Origin: Bilabrum cf. latius
Taxonomy: Eukaryota
Direction of reading: 5' to 3'
Length of the DNA stretch: 41,789 nt
Assembly (NCBI GenBank): GCA_965178125.1
Contig: OZ237776.1
Coordinates: 496,001-537,789 of the forward strand
Both the position numbers and the translations under genes were made by a program. The number at the start of each line of letters is the position of its first letter. Positions within the stretch are counted from its first letter, which is position 1. The notes beneath the pieces were generated by a model. The model saw only the letters and a list, made by a program, of their open reading frames with translations. It was not told where the DNA came from and searched no databases. Below are positions 12,618 through 22,725 of this stretch, piece after piece.

Positions 12618-13989
12618 TGTTCGCGACAGTCTGGCCCCTGCAGCCCGCAACACGCCGCCTAGTCGGTCCTATTCGTCCCTTGCTGCCATTTGGTCCGCAA
12701 GTCTCTGACGGGTCCACCAGTCACCCAATGACAAGACTGTTCACCACAGAGTGTGAACGTCTCCGCTGCACTCAAATGTCTTTCTGGTGTAACACGCGTA
12801 CCTGCGTCAAAACTGAGAGCGAAGGGGGGCCAGAGAAAAGATCACAGTCAGTAGTCTCGCCGTCCAGGTCGACAAATCCCCGGTGTCAATGCAGACTTTC
12901 ACTTGCCGACTAACAATTCACAATTGTTTTAAATACACTCAGTCCTTGATGCTTCGAAATGCTCTCCAGATCAGCGGGACGATCGCATGATTCCAGCACC
13001 CACACAGCTGTTGCATCACTACACCCTATCCAGGCCTTGCAATCCCTACAGGGACTCAATTGATATTAAACCAGCTGATGCAAATCACAGGATTGTATGG
13101 AATTGATGGTGGGCGGTGATTCCACTGGTAGACTGTGAACACACCATGCACCAAGATCTCCAAAACAAGCCGCCAGAACACAAGCGCCGACGGCCCGGCA
13201 TGTAGGGTCTCTGCCTACTAGTTGCCAGATCACGCTCAAGTAGCTGGCAAGATCAACCCGACATAAAAACCATTTGCCAATCGTCAATCCCACCAGCATT
13301 CTAGCCCGGCCCTCACGGCCAAATTAGCATGAAAGACCGAATTCTCCGGTCAGCAGTGAACAATCGAGCACATTAACTCCGAGAAAGCAAACCCAATGGG
13401 ACTTTTCTCACGTATTTCTTCTCCAGCCGCAACTACAAGGCTAGCGTGTGTCGCGATACAGGCTTTCAATCAGTACTGGTCGGGTACAGCGCGTGAGTAC
13501 CGCTTAGTGGTCTGGAAAAATGCAATTGCTCCGACGATACAGATTACCCGAATCTCAGCCGCCTCCGCTCTCTCGGACAGGTGCTGATAGCTCACAAGGT
13601 ATTTGGAACAGTGTCCATTGCAACGGAACCAACAGAAGAAGCCGCGCAAAAGTTGGTCGCAAAGGAGCGTGCCAGAAATTCGTTGGAGCTGAGCGCCATG
13701 CCTCAGCCAGCTGCAAACGGGTGAAATGTCGAGAGTTTGACTACTCGATGGACCGTATGAGGGCCGGGCCCGAAAAGCTTGATTCCATGTTGAACGAATG
13801 GTGATAGTCCACCCTCATATAATATCGATAGTTGTTTGCCGTTTGCCCTGTCGGGAGAATCCAAGCTGAGACACCGGACGGCCGTGGAAGCGAAGGGTGC
13901 ACCCTCCCGGTGTTCAACTGCAACGACTAATTTCAAACCAGGACATGATGCAGCCCCGCATGCAGATAATAGTGCCCAGCAGTCTCCAT

Positions 13990-16228
13990 TCATTCCTCAG
14001 GCTTGGATTCACCGGCATCCGCAGCCTTCCCGGCATCATCGGCTGCCTTGCGCAGAGTCTGTACCTCAGCCTCCAACGCCTCCTTGGCGGCTCGAAGGGC
14101 CGCCGTCTCTGCTGCAAGTTTTCCCTTCAGCTCGTCGTTCTCTGCCTTGAGGCGCGCGATCTCTGCCTGCGCCGCCTTCAGCGCGTCATCCCCTCCAGCG
14201 CCCGCCCCGCTGGCTGCCCCCGCCGCGGGATCCGCCGCCTTGGCAGCCTTGGCCTGCTCTCGCTCCGCGGCGGCCTTTTTGGCGGACTCGTCCACCACGA
14301 ATCCGGAGCTGCTGCCGGCTCCCGCTCCGCCGGTGGCAGCCCCCGCGCCCGCTCCCTCAGCGGGCTTCATGGAGGCCCGCTTTGGCTTGGCGTCCTTCCC
14401 GCCGAACCACTGGTCCGCAGTGAGGGCAGGGGCTGCCGACACGCAGTCGGGGTACAGATCCGACTGGAAGGACTCGCTCTTGCGAGGCACCTGGAAGGAG
14501 ATGCTGCGGACCTTCTTGTTCTCCAGCTTGATGAAGCGGGCGATCTCGGTCTTGCCCACGTCCACGGCGCGGCGAGGCACCTGGGCGATCCCCTTGGCCG
14601 CGTCTCCCATCGACATGCGGGCGATCTCGTAGGGCTTGGACTTGGGGATTTCCCAGTACCGGATGGAGGCGTCTCCCTTGGCTGCCACGTACAGGATGCA
14701 CGAGGCTTCGTCGTAGAAAGGCATCATCACACCCGCGGCCGAGTCCAGCTCCTGGTGGATGACGGGCGCGTCCAGACCCTTGCCCAGGTCCCACACCTTG
14801 AACTCGCGGCCCGACATGCGGGTGAACCCGGTGGTCACGAAGCGGTTCTTGCCGTCCATCCAGCACATGTTCACGGTCTTGGCACCCTCGTGCGCCGTGA
14901 AGGTCTGCTGGGCCTTCTTGGCGTCAGCCCTCGGGTCCCAGAGCCGGATCTTCTTGTCCTTGCTCGAGGTCAGCAGCAGCTTGCCGTCCTCGCTCCAGCA
15001 CAAGTTGGCGATGGGCTTGCTGTGACCAGTGATCGTGACTGCGTCAGTCAGCTTGGCCACGTCCCACAGCCGCACGGTGTTGTCTCTGGATGTGGATGCC
15101 AGCGTCTGGTTGGCGCAGGGGTGCCACTTGAGCAGCATCGTGTCCTTGTCGTGGCCCTTGAGCACCGCCGAGGGCTCCTCGATGTTCTCCTGCACGCCAC
15201 CCTCGGGGATGCTCCACACCATCACCGTAGCGTCCCTAGAGGTCGATGCCAGCAAGGAGTCGTTGTGTGGTGAAAAGGCCGTGTCCTGCACCTGCGCGCG
15301 GTGGCCCGTCAGCATGGGCACGTCGGGGCGCACCTTGCCGCTGCCGTCCACCGGCTGCACCAAAATCTTGCCGCCGCCGCCACGAGCCGCCACTGCCCAG
15401 TACAGTGCGCTTGCGCTGATCATGTACTGGTCGCCTGCGAATGTTGAACTATCCGAGGGCAGCAAGACGACGTGAACGTGCTGAGTGCATTCGTACGGAC
15501 GGAGCACGTGATACGATTGGCTCACCGGTACCGGAGGCCAGCTGAATATCAAGATATGAGGATTCATCTTTGGACTCGGTTCCAAAAACGTGCCTGCGAT
15601 GGTGTATTTGTTGATGAAGGGGTTGAAGGTCAAATCTTGCTGCTGCTGCTACTGCAAACTCTCGTTGATAGCCAACTACAAAGCAGCATCCAACCAAGCA
15701 TTCCAAGAGCACGGTACAGAGCTTAATATGCACTTATGCTGTGCACGCACATAAACAGGGAAGCTTCCTTTGCATATTCAGGTGTTCTTGGGCACTGAAC
15801 GGTACAGGGACGAGCTACGGATGAACACAAGCATGCCTTGCTTTAGGCCCGAGGTTTGCCATCCGTCAATCCTGAAAGTATTATAATGCTGGAACACTGG
15901 GAATTCCAGATTTGCTTCACGCTCTACATACACTAAAACAAATGCAAGCCACAACGTGGGCGATCCTGACGCATTCCATGTTGAAGCTGTCACATCAAGC
16001 AACACGTGCGGCACAAATTCAGTCAGAGCACAAATATGTATCTATGCAAATGGCATGCCTTGCCATTGGCACATTTGCAGGCGACATATCCACAACTAGC
16101 CCTGAGTCCAGATTTCGCCAAGCGAGCCAAAAACCGCAGATTATCATGCCCTTGCCACGAATGTAATCAGAACTTGCGGTCAAATATTCTCACCTGTAGC
16201 TACTCTACCTAACGAATCGGGAGGACAT
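13990..16228 (-). CDS. Coronin (WD40 actin-binding protein with C-terminal coiled coil), 3 exons, 515 aa, in-frame TAG at codon 8
   Basis: Exons 16228..16194, 15593..15526, 15434..13990 with GT-AG junctions and matching phases (total 1548 nt). N-terminus MSSRFVR*SSYRHVFG matches the coronin signature (VRQSKFRHVFG). WD repeats, KGDASIRYWEI, VPRKSESFQSDLYPD, coiled-coil tail. Stop TGA. Confidence 0.92.
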
Positions 16229-16747
16229 GCCTCAACGAGCTATCAAGTCGGACTAAGCAGTACAAAACGATTCTGCTCAGTCACGCAATTCCTTGCCTCA
16301 AATGCAGAATCTGTGAAGTAGCGTGCACTCTGCAACTCAGGGCGGCCAGGGCGGCACACGCAGCGAGGCGCCAGCTGGCGCCCCAGGCCCTTTCATGTCG
16401 CATTGGGGCATCACCGACTGGTTCTACTAGTCATGACAGTCGCTTCGACTACGCGAGATCCACAGGTGCACTGAGTGAGCAAGTGCGGAGTGGGCTTTTC
16501 TAAACGATACAAATCACAGGCATATCGCGGTGGAATATTCGATGGACAAGAAGCTAGTAGCACGCACATAGCACCAGCACTTGGCCGGTGGCACAACACC
16601 GCAGCCCGTGGCCGCCTTGCCTCCCGTGGTAAGGCCGTGCCCACACCGTGCTGTGGTTCAACCTTGTTGCGCCGTGTGCGCCTGCATGCATGTCAAAACA
16701 GTTCTTTCCTACGGCTTAGCACCGTCTCGGTCCCTAGATCGGATCGA

Positions 16748-17546
16748 TCACTCGTAGATCTGGGTCTCGATGCACGACGTGTACTCGGCGCAGCCCTCGG
16801 GGAACCACAGGCCGATCTCCTTGACGGCATCCTCGGGCACAGCGCTGGCGTGCACGGTGTTGCGGCCGATGTCCACGCAGAAGTCGCCGCGGATGGTGCC
16901 GGGCGTGGCGTCAGCGGGGTTGGTGGCGCCCACCAGCGAGCGGCCAGCCTTGATGGCTCCGAGGCCCTCCCACACCATGGCGAACACGGGGCCGGAGGTC
17001 ACGTACTCCACCAGAGAGGGGAAGAACCTGCAAGTAACGAACGTGTTGAGCGTGTGGCAAAGATAACTCGCGCCTGATGCACATCGTTAAGCACAACATC
17101 ATTTCGCGTGACAATCCTGAAATCAGCTCACTTCTTCTCGGTCAACTCAGAGTAATGCTCGGATAGGAGTTCCTTAGTGGCAGTGGTCATCTTCGCGGCG
17201 ACCAGCTTAAGTCCCTTCTGCGAAACAAAGAAGAGAAAGCCTGTCGGTACTGCAAGGGTGCCTAGCTGTTCATTTGCAGCTATGATGCACATAGAATCGG
17301 CAGTAAATCAGCCCTAAAAATACAATTTCGTAGCGCACACAATTTAATAGAACAGTTTGCAGCTAATGTTGACATCCAAGTTTTCATTGCTGCAGATCGA
17401 AGCCCCGACTAGCTCGAACAACAGGTGTTGCATGAACTCACCCGCTCGAAGCGGCCGATGATCTCGCCGACAAGACCACGCTGCACACCATCGGGCTTGA
17501 TCATCACATAAGTACGCTCCTTCTTGGCATCAGCAGCGGCGGCCAT
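16748..17546 (-). CDS. NDK: Nucleoside diphosphate kinase, 3 exons, 156 aa
   Basis: Exons 17546..17442 ([26 protein letters not shown]), 17217..17132 and 17027..16748 ([27 protein letters not shown]), GT-AG introns, total 471 nt. Stop TGA. Confidence 0.95.
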
Positions 17547-17691
17547 CTTTCACTAGTTGTCCTTAAGATGCGTTGGGGAGGGCCGATGCCGCAGCCAACT
17601 CCAAGGTTCGCTGGGGTTCTCTCCGAACTAAGCACATCTAAACGCGGCGCAACGAAGACTTCAAAAAGCATTCAAGCAATATAAAACGTCG

Positions 17692-18113
17692 CCCACACAC
17701 CTTCGACCCATGCAGCCATCCGCGGCCCTCGCCGCACATCTCGACACACCCTCGCCTTACCCTAACCCTAACCTATGCAGCCATCCGCGACCCTCGCCAC
17801 ACATCGGCCGCACACCCTCGCCCCTTGCAGCCATCCGCGGCCCTCGCCACACATCGGCCGCACATCCTCGACCCATGCAGCCATCCGCGGCCCTCGCCAC
17901 ACATCGGCCGCACACCCTCGCCCCTTGCAGCCATCCGCGGCCCTCGCCACACATCGGCCGCACACCCTCGCCCCTTGCAGCCATCCGCGGCCCTCGCCAC
18001 ACATCGGCCGCACACCCTCGCCCCATGCAGCCATCCGCGGCCCTCGCCACACATCGGCCGCACACTCTCGCCCCTTGCAGCCATCCGCGACCCTCGCCAC
18101 ACATCGGCCGCAC
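17692..18113. repeat. Subtelomeric 50-bp C-rich minisatellite (~8 copies)
   Basis: TGCAGCCATCC anchors at 17711, 17777, 17827, 17877, 17927, 17977, 18027, 18077. Runs directly into TTAGGG. Confidence 0.95.
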
Positions 18114-18114
18114 T

Positions 18115-19308
18115 TTAGGGTTAGGGTTAGGGTTAGGGTTAGGGTTAGGGTTAGGGTTAGGGTTAGGGTTAGGGTTAGGGTTAGGGTTAGGGTTAGGGTT
18201 AGGGTTAGGGTTAGGGTTAGGGTTAGGGTTAGGGTTAGGGTTAGGGTTAGGGTTAGGGTTAGGGTTAGGGTTAGGGTTAGGGTTAGGGTTAGGGTTAGGG
18301 TTAGGGTTAGGGTTAGGGTTAGGGTTAGGGTTAGGGTTAGGGTTAGGGTTAGGGTTAGGGTTAGGGTTAGGGTTAGGGTTAGGGTTAGGGTTAGGGTTAG
18401 GGTTAGGGTTAGGGTTAGGGTTAGGGTTAGGGTTAGGGTTAGGGTTAGGGTTAGGGTTAGGGTTAGGGTTAGGGTTAGGGTTAGGGTTAGGGTTAGGGTT
18501 AGGGTTAGGGTTAGGGTTAGGGTTAGGGTTAGGGTTAGGGTTAGGGTTAGGGTTAGGGTTAGGGTTAGGGTTAGGGTTAGGGTTAGGGTTAGGGTTAGGG
18601 TTAGGGTTAGGGTTAGGGTTAGGGTTAGGGTTAGGGTTAGGGTTAGGGTTAGGGTTAGGGTTAGGGTTAGGGTTAGGGTTAGGGTTAGGGTTAGGGTTAG
18701 GGTTAGGGTTAGGGTTAGGGTTAGGGTTAGGGTTAGGGTTAGGGTTAGGGTTAGGGTTAGGGTTAGGGTTAGGGTTAGGGTTAGGGTTAGGGTTAGGGTT
18801 AGGGTTAGGGTTAGGGTTAGGGTTAGGGTTAGGGTTAGGGTTAGGGTTAGGGTTAGGGTTAGGGTTAGGGTTAGGGTTAGGGTTAGGGTTAGGGTTAGGG
18901 TTAGGGTTAGGGTTAGGGTTAGGGTTAGGGTTAGGGTTAGGGTTAGGGTTAGGGTTAGGGTTAGGGTTAGGGTTAGGGTTAGGGTTAGGGTTAGGGTTAG
19001 GGTTAGGGTTAGGGTTAGGGTTAGGGTTAGGGTTAGGGTTAGGGTTAGGGTTAGGGTTAGGGTTAGGGTTAGGGTTAGGGTTAGGGTTAGGGTTAGGGTT
19101 AGGGTTAGGGTTAGGGTTAGGGTTAGGGTTAGGGTTAGGGTTAGGGTTAGGGTTAGGGTTAGGGTTAGGGTTAGGGTTAGGGTTAGGGTTAGGGTTAGGG
19201 TTAGGGTTAGGGTTAGGGTTAGGGTTAGGGTTAGGGTTAGGGTTAGGGTTAGGGTTAGGGTTAGGGTTAGGGTTAGGGTTAGGGTTAGGGTTAGGGTTAG
19301 GGTTAGGG
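18115..19308 (+). repeat. Telomeric tract, 199 perfect TTAGGG repeats
   Basis: Uninterrupted (TTAGGG)n, G-rich strand pointing rightward, as expected for a right chromosome end. Confidence 0.98.
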
Positions 19309-19369
19309 TATCTAATATAAAGTCAGGGACAGGGTCGGGGAAAAAAAATTTTCATCTTCACTTTTTGTC
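19309..19369 (+). other. 61-bp unique leader of the telomeric unit (first of 11 copies)
   Basis: TATCTAATATAAAGTCAGGGACAGGGTCGGGGAAAAAAAATTTTCATCTTCACTTTTTGTC, the same at every telomere-to-satellite junction. Confidence 0.9.
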
Positions 19370-20626
19370 GAAAAAATGCGCGCGACGATCTCGGCAACCA
19401 GATGAGATATGAGGACCGTTCAAACTGCATCGGGACGGCCTGGGGGTACAATGTTGGGCAAATGTTCCCCAGGTTCCGTTTTGACCGCGCGGCGACAATA
19501 TGGCTGGACGAAGATTGTCATGCAGAAAAAATGCGCGCGACGATCTCGGCAACCAGATGAGATATGAAGACCGTTCAAACTGCATCGGGACGGCCTGGGG
19601 GTACAATGTGGGGCAAATGTTCCCCAGGTTCCGTTTTGACCGCGCGGCGACAATATGGCTGGACGAAGATTGTCATGCAGAAAAAATGCGCGCGACGATC
19701 TCGGCAACCAGATGAGATATGAAGACCGTTCAAACTGCATCGGGACGGCCTGGGACCACAACAGGGGGCAAATGTTCCCCAGGTTCCGTTTTGACCGCGC
19801 GGCGACAATATGGCTGGACGAAGATTGTCATGCAGAAAAAATGCGCGCGACGATCTCGGCAACCAGATGAGATATGAAGACCGTTCAAACTGCATCGGGA
19901 CGGCCTGGGGGTACAATGTGGGGCAAATGTTCCCCAGGTTCCGTTTTGACCGCGCGGCGACAATATGGCTGGACGAAGATTGTCATGCAGAAAAAATGCG
20001 CGCGACGATCTCGGCAACCAGATGAGATATGAAGACCGTTCAAACTGCATCGGGACGGCCTGGGGGTACAATGTGGGGCAAATGTTCCCCAGGTTCCGTT
20101 TTGACCGCGCGGCGACAATATGGCTGGACGAAGATTGTCATGCAGAAAAAATGCGCGCGACGATCTCGGCAACCAGATGAGATATGACGACGATCTCGGC
20201 AACCAGATGAGATATGAAGACCGTTCAAACTGCATCGGGACGGCCTGGGGGTACAATGTGGGGCAAATGTTCCCCAGGTTCCGTTTTGACCGCGCGGCGA
20301 CAATATGGCTGGACGAAGATTGTCATGCAGAAAAAATGCGCGCGACGATCTCGGCAACCAGATGAGATATGAAGACCGTTCAAACTGCATCGGGACGGCC
20401 TGGGGGTACAATGTGGGGCAAATGTTCCCCAGGTTCCGTTTTGACCGCGCGGCGACAATATGGCTGGACGAAGATTGTCATGCAGAAAAAATGCGCGCGA
20501 CGATCTCGGCAACCAGATGAGATATGAAGACCGTTCAAACTGCATCGGGACGGCCTGGGGGTACAATGTGGGGCAAATGTTCCCCAGGTTCCGTTTTGAC
20601 CGCGCGGCGACAATATGGCTGGACGA

Positions 20627-20631
<5 letters not shown>
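19370..20631 (+). repeat. 155-bp satellite block, 8 monomers (first of 11 blocks; last monomer truncated into TTAGGG)
   Basis: Monomers start at 19370, 19525, 19680, 19835, 19990, 20145 (+30-bp duplication), 20330, 20485. Monomer 1 and monomer 3 carry diagnostic variants in every unit. Confidence 0.97.
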
Positions 20632-20670
<39 letters not shown>

Positions 20671-22681
20671 GGTTAGGGTTAGGGTTAGGGTTAGGGTTAG
20701 GGTTAGGGTTAGGGTTAGGGTTAGGGTTAGGGTTAGGGTTAGGGTTAGGGTTAGGGTTAGGGTTAGGGTTAGGGTTAGGGTTAGGGTTAGGGTTAGGGTT
20801 AGGGTTAGGGTTTTAGGTTAGGGTTAGGGTTAGGGTTAGGGTTAGGGTTAGGGTTAGGGTTAGGGTTAGGGTTAGGGTTAGGGTTAGGGTTAGGGTTAGG
20901 GTTAGGGTTAGGGTTAGGGTTAGGGTTAGGGTTAGGGTTAGGGTTAGGGTTAGGGTTAGGGTTAGGGTTAGGGTTAGGGTTAGGGTTAGGGTTAGGGTTA
21001 GGGTTAGGGTTAGGGTTAGGGTTAGGGTTAGGGTTAGGGTTAGGGTTAGGGTTAGGGTTAGGGTTAGGGTTAGGGTTAGGGTTAGGGTTAGGGTTAGGGT
21101 TAGGGTTAGGGTTAGGGTTAGGGTTAGGGTTAGGGTTAGGGTTAGGGTTAGGGTTAGGGTTAGGGTTAGGGTTAGGGTTAGGGTTAGGGTTAGGGTTAGG
21201 GTTAGGGTTAGGGTTAGGGTTAGGGTTAGGGTTAGGGTTAGGGTTAGGGTTAGGGTTAGGGTTAGGGTTAGGGTTAGGGTTAGGGTTAGGGTTAGGGTTA
21301 GGGTTAGGGTTAGGGTTAGGGTTAGGGTTAGGGTTAGGGTTAGGGTTAGGGTTAGGGTTAGGGTTAGGGTTAGGGTTAGGGTTAGGGTTAGGGTATCTAA
21401 TATAAAGTCAGGGACAGGGTCGGGGAAAAAAAATTTTCATCTTCACTTTTTGTCGAAAAAATGCGCGCGACGATCTCGGCAACCAGATGAGATATGAGGA
21501 CCGTTCAAACTGCATCGGGACGGCCTGGGGGTACAATGTTGGGCAAATGTTCCCCAGGTTCCGTTTTGACCGCGCGGCGACAATATGGCTGGACGAAGAT
21601 TGTCATGCAGAAAAAATGCGCGCGACGATCTCGGCAACCAGATGAGATATGAAGACCGTTCAAACTGCATCGGGACGGCCTGGGGGTACAATGTGGGGCA
21701 AATGTTCCCCAGGTTCCGTTTTGACCGCGCGGCGACAATATGGCTGGACGAAGATTGTCATGCAGAAAAAATGCGCGCGACGATCTCGGCAACCAGATGA
21801 GATATGAAGACCGTTCAAACTGCATCGGGACGGCCTGGGACCACAACAGGGGGCAAATGTTCCCCAGGTTCCGTTTTGACCGCGCGGCGACAATATGGCT
21901 GGACGAAGATTGTCATGCAGAAAAAATGCGCGCGACGATCTCGGCAACCAGATGAGATATGAAGACCGTTCAAACTGCATCGGGACGGCCTGGGGGTACA
22001 ATGTGGGGCAAATGTTCCCCAGGTTCCGTTTTGACCGCGCGGCGACAATATGGCTGGACGAAGATTGTCATGCAGAAAAAATGCGCGCGACGATCTCGGC
22101 AACCAGATGAGATATGAAGACCGTTCAAACTGCATCGGGACGGCCTGGGGGTACAATGTGGGGCAAATGTTCCCCAGGTTCCGTTTTGACCGCGCGGCGA
22201 CAATATGGCTGGACGAAGATTGTCATGCAGAAAAAATGCGCGCGACGATCTCGGCAACCAGATGAGATATGAAGACCGTTCAAACTGCATCGGGACGGCC
22301 TGGGGGTACAATGTGGGGCAAATGTTCCCCAGGTTCCGTTTTGACCGCGCGGCGACAATATGGCTGGACGAAGATTGTCATGCAGAAAAAATGCGCGCGA
22401 CGATCTCGGCAACCAGATGAGATATGAAGACCGTTCAAACTGCATCGGGACGGCCTGGGGGTACAATGTGGGGCAAATGTTCCCCAGGTTCCGTTTTGAC
22501 CGCGCGGCGACAATATGGCTGGACGAAGATTGTCATGCAGAAAAAATGCGCGCGACGATCTCGGCAACCAGATGAGATATGAAGACCGTTCAAACTGCAT
22601 CGGGACGGCCTGGGGGTACAATGTGGGGCAAATGTTCCCCAGGTTCCGTTTTGACCGCGCGGCGACAATATGGCTGGACGA

Positions 22682-22725
<44 letters not shown>

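Noticed and set aside
12620-13989. Short ORFs in the 1.4-kb lower-GC interval
   Set aside because: No motif or codon-bias support that I can see. Treated as intergenic/UTR, though re-prediction with TAG as sense is advisable.
4054-15475. Many long plus-strand ORFs (e.g. 6265..7263, 9125..10243, 13897..15273)
   Set aside because: Antisense shadows of GC-rich minus-strand genes with no recognisable domains.
15435-15633. N-terminus of the 547-aa ORF 13990..15633 as the coronin start
   Set aside because: It reads through an intron and an out-of-frame exon. The true signature RHVFG is in another frame and is joined by splicing.
2528-16207. Pyrrolysine, or A-to-I editing of UAG to Trp
   Set aside because: Pyl is not known in eukaryotic nuclei. 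The two alignable sites correspond to Gln, and most others lie in hydrophilic low-complexity sequence where Trp is unlikely.
17710-19412. Long ORFs with poly-LG / poly-RV
   Set aside because: Translations of the minisatellite and (TTAGGG)n, not genes.
19398-19530. Hammerhead ribozyme (retrozyme or Penelope-like) in the monomer: CAGATGAG...CAAAC and CTGGACGA...GAAA
   Set aside because: Neither matches the CUGANGA/GAAA core exactly, and I could not build the three stems. An Infernal scan would settle it.
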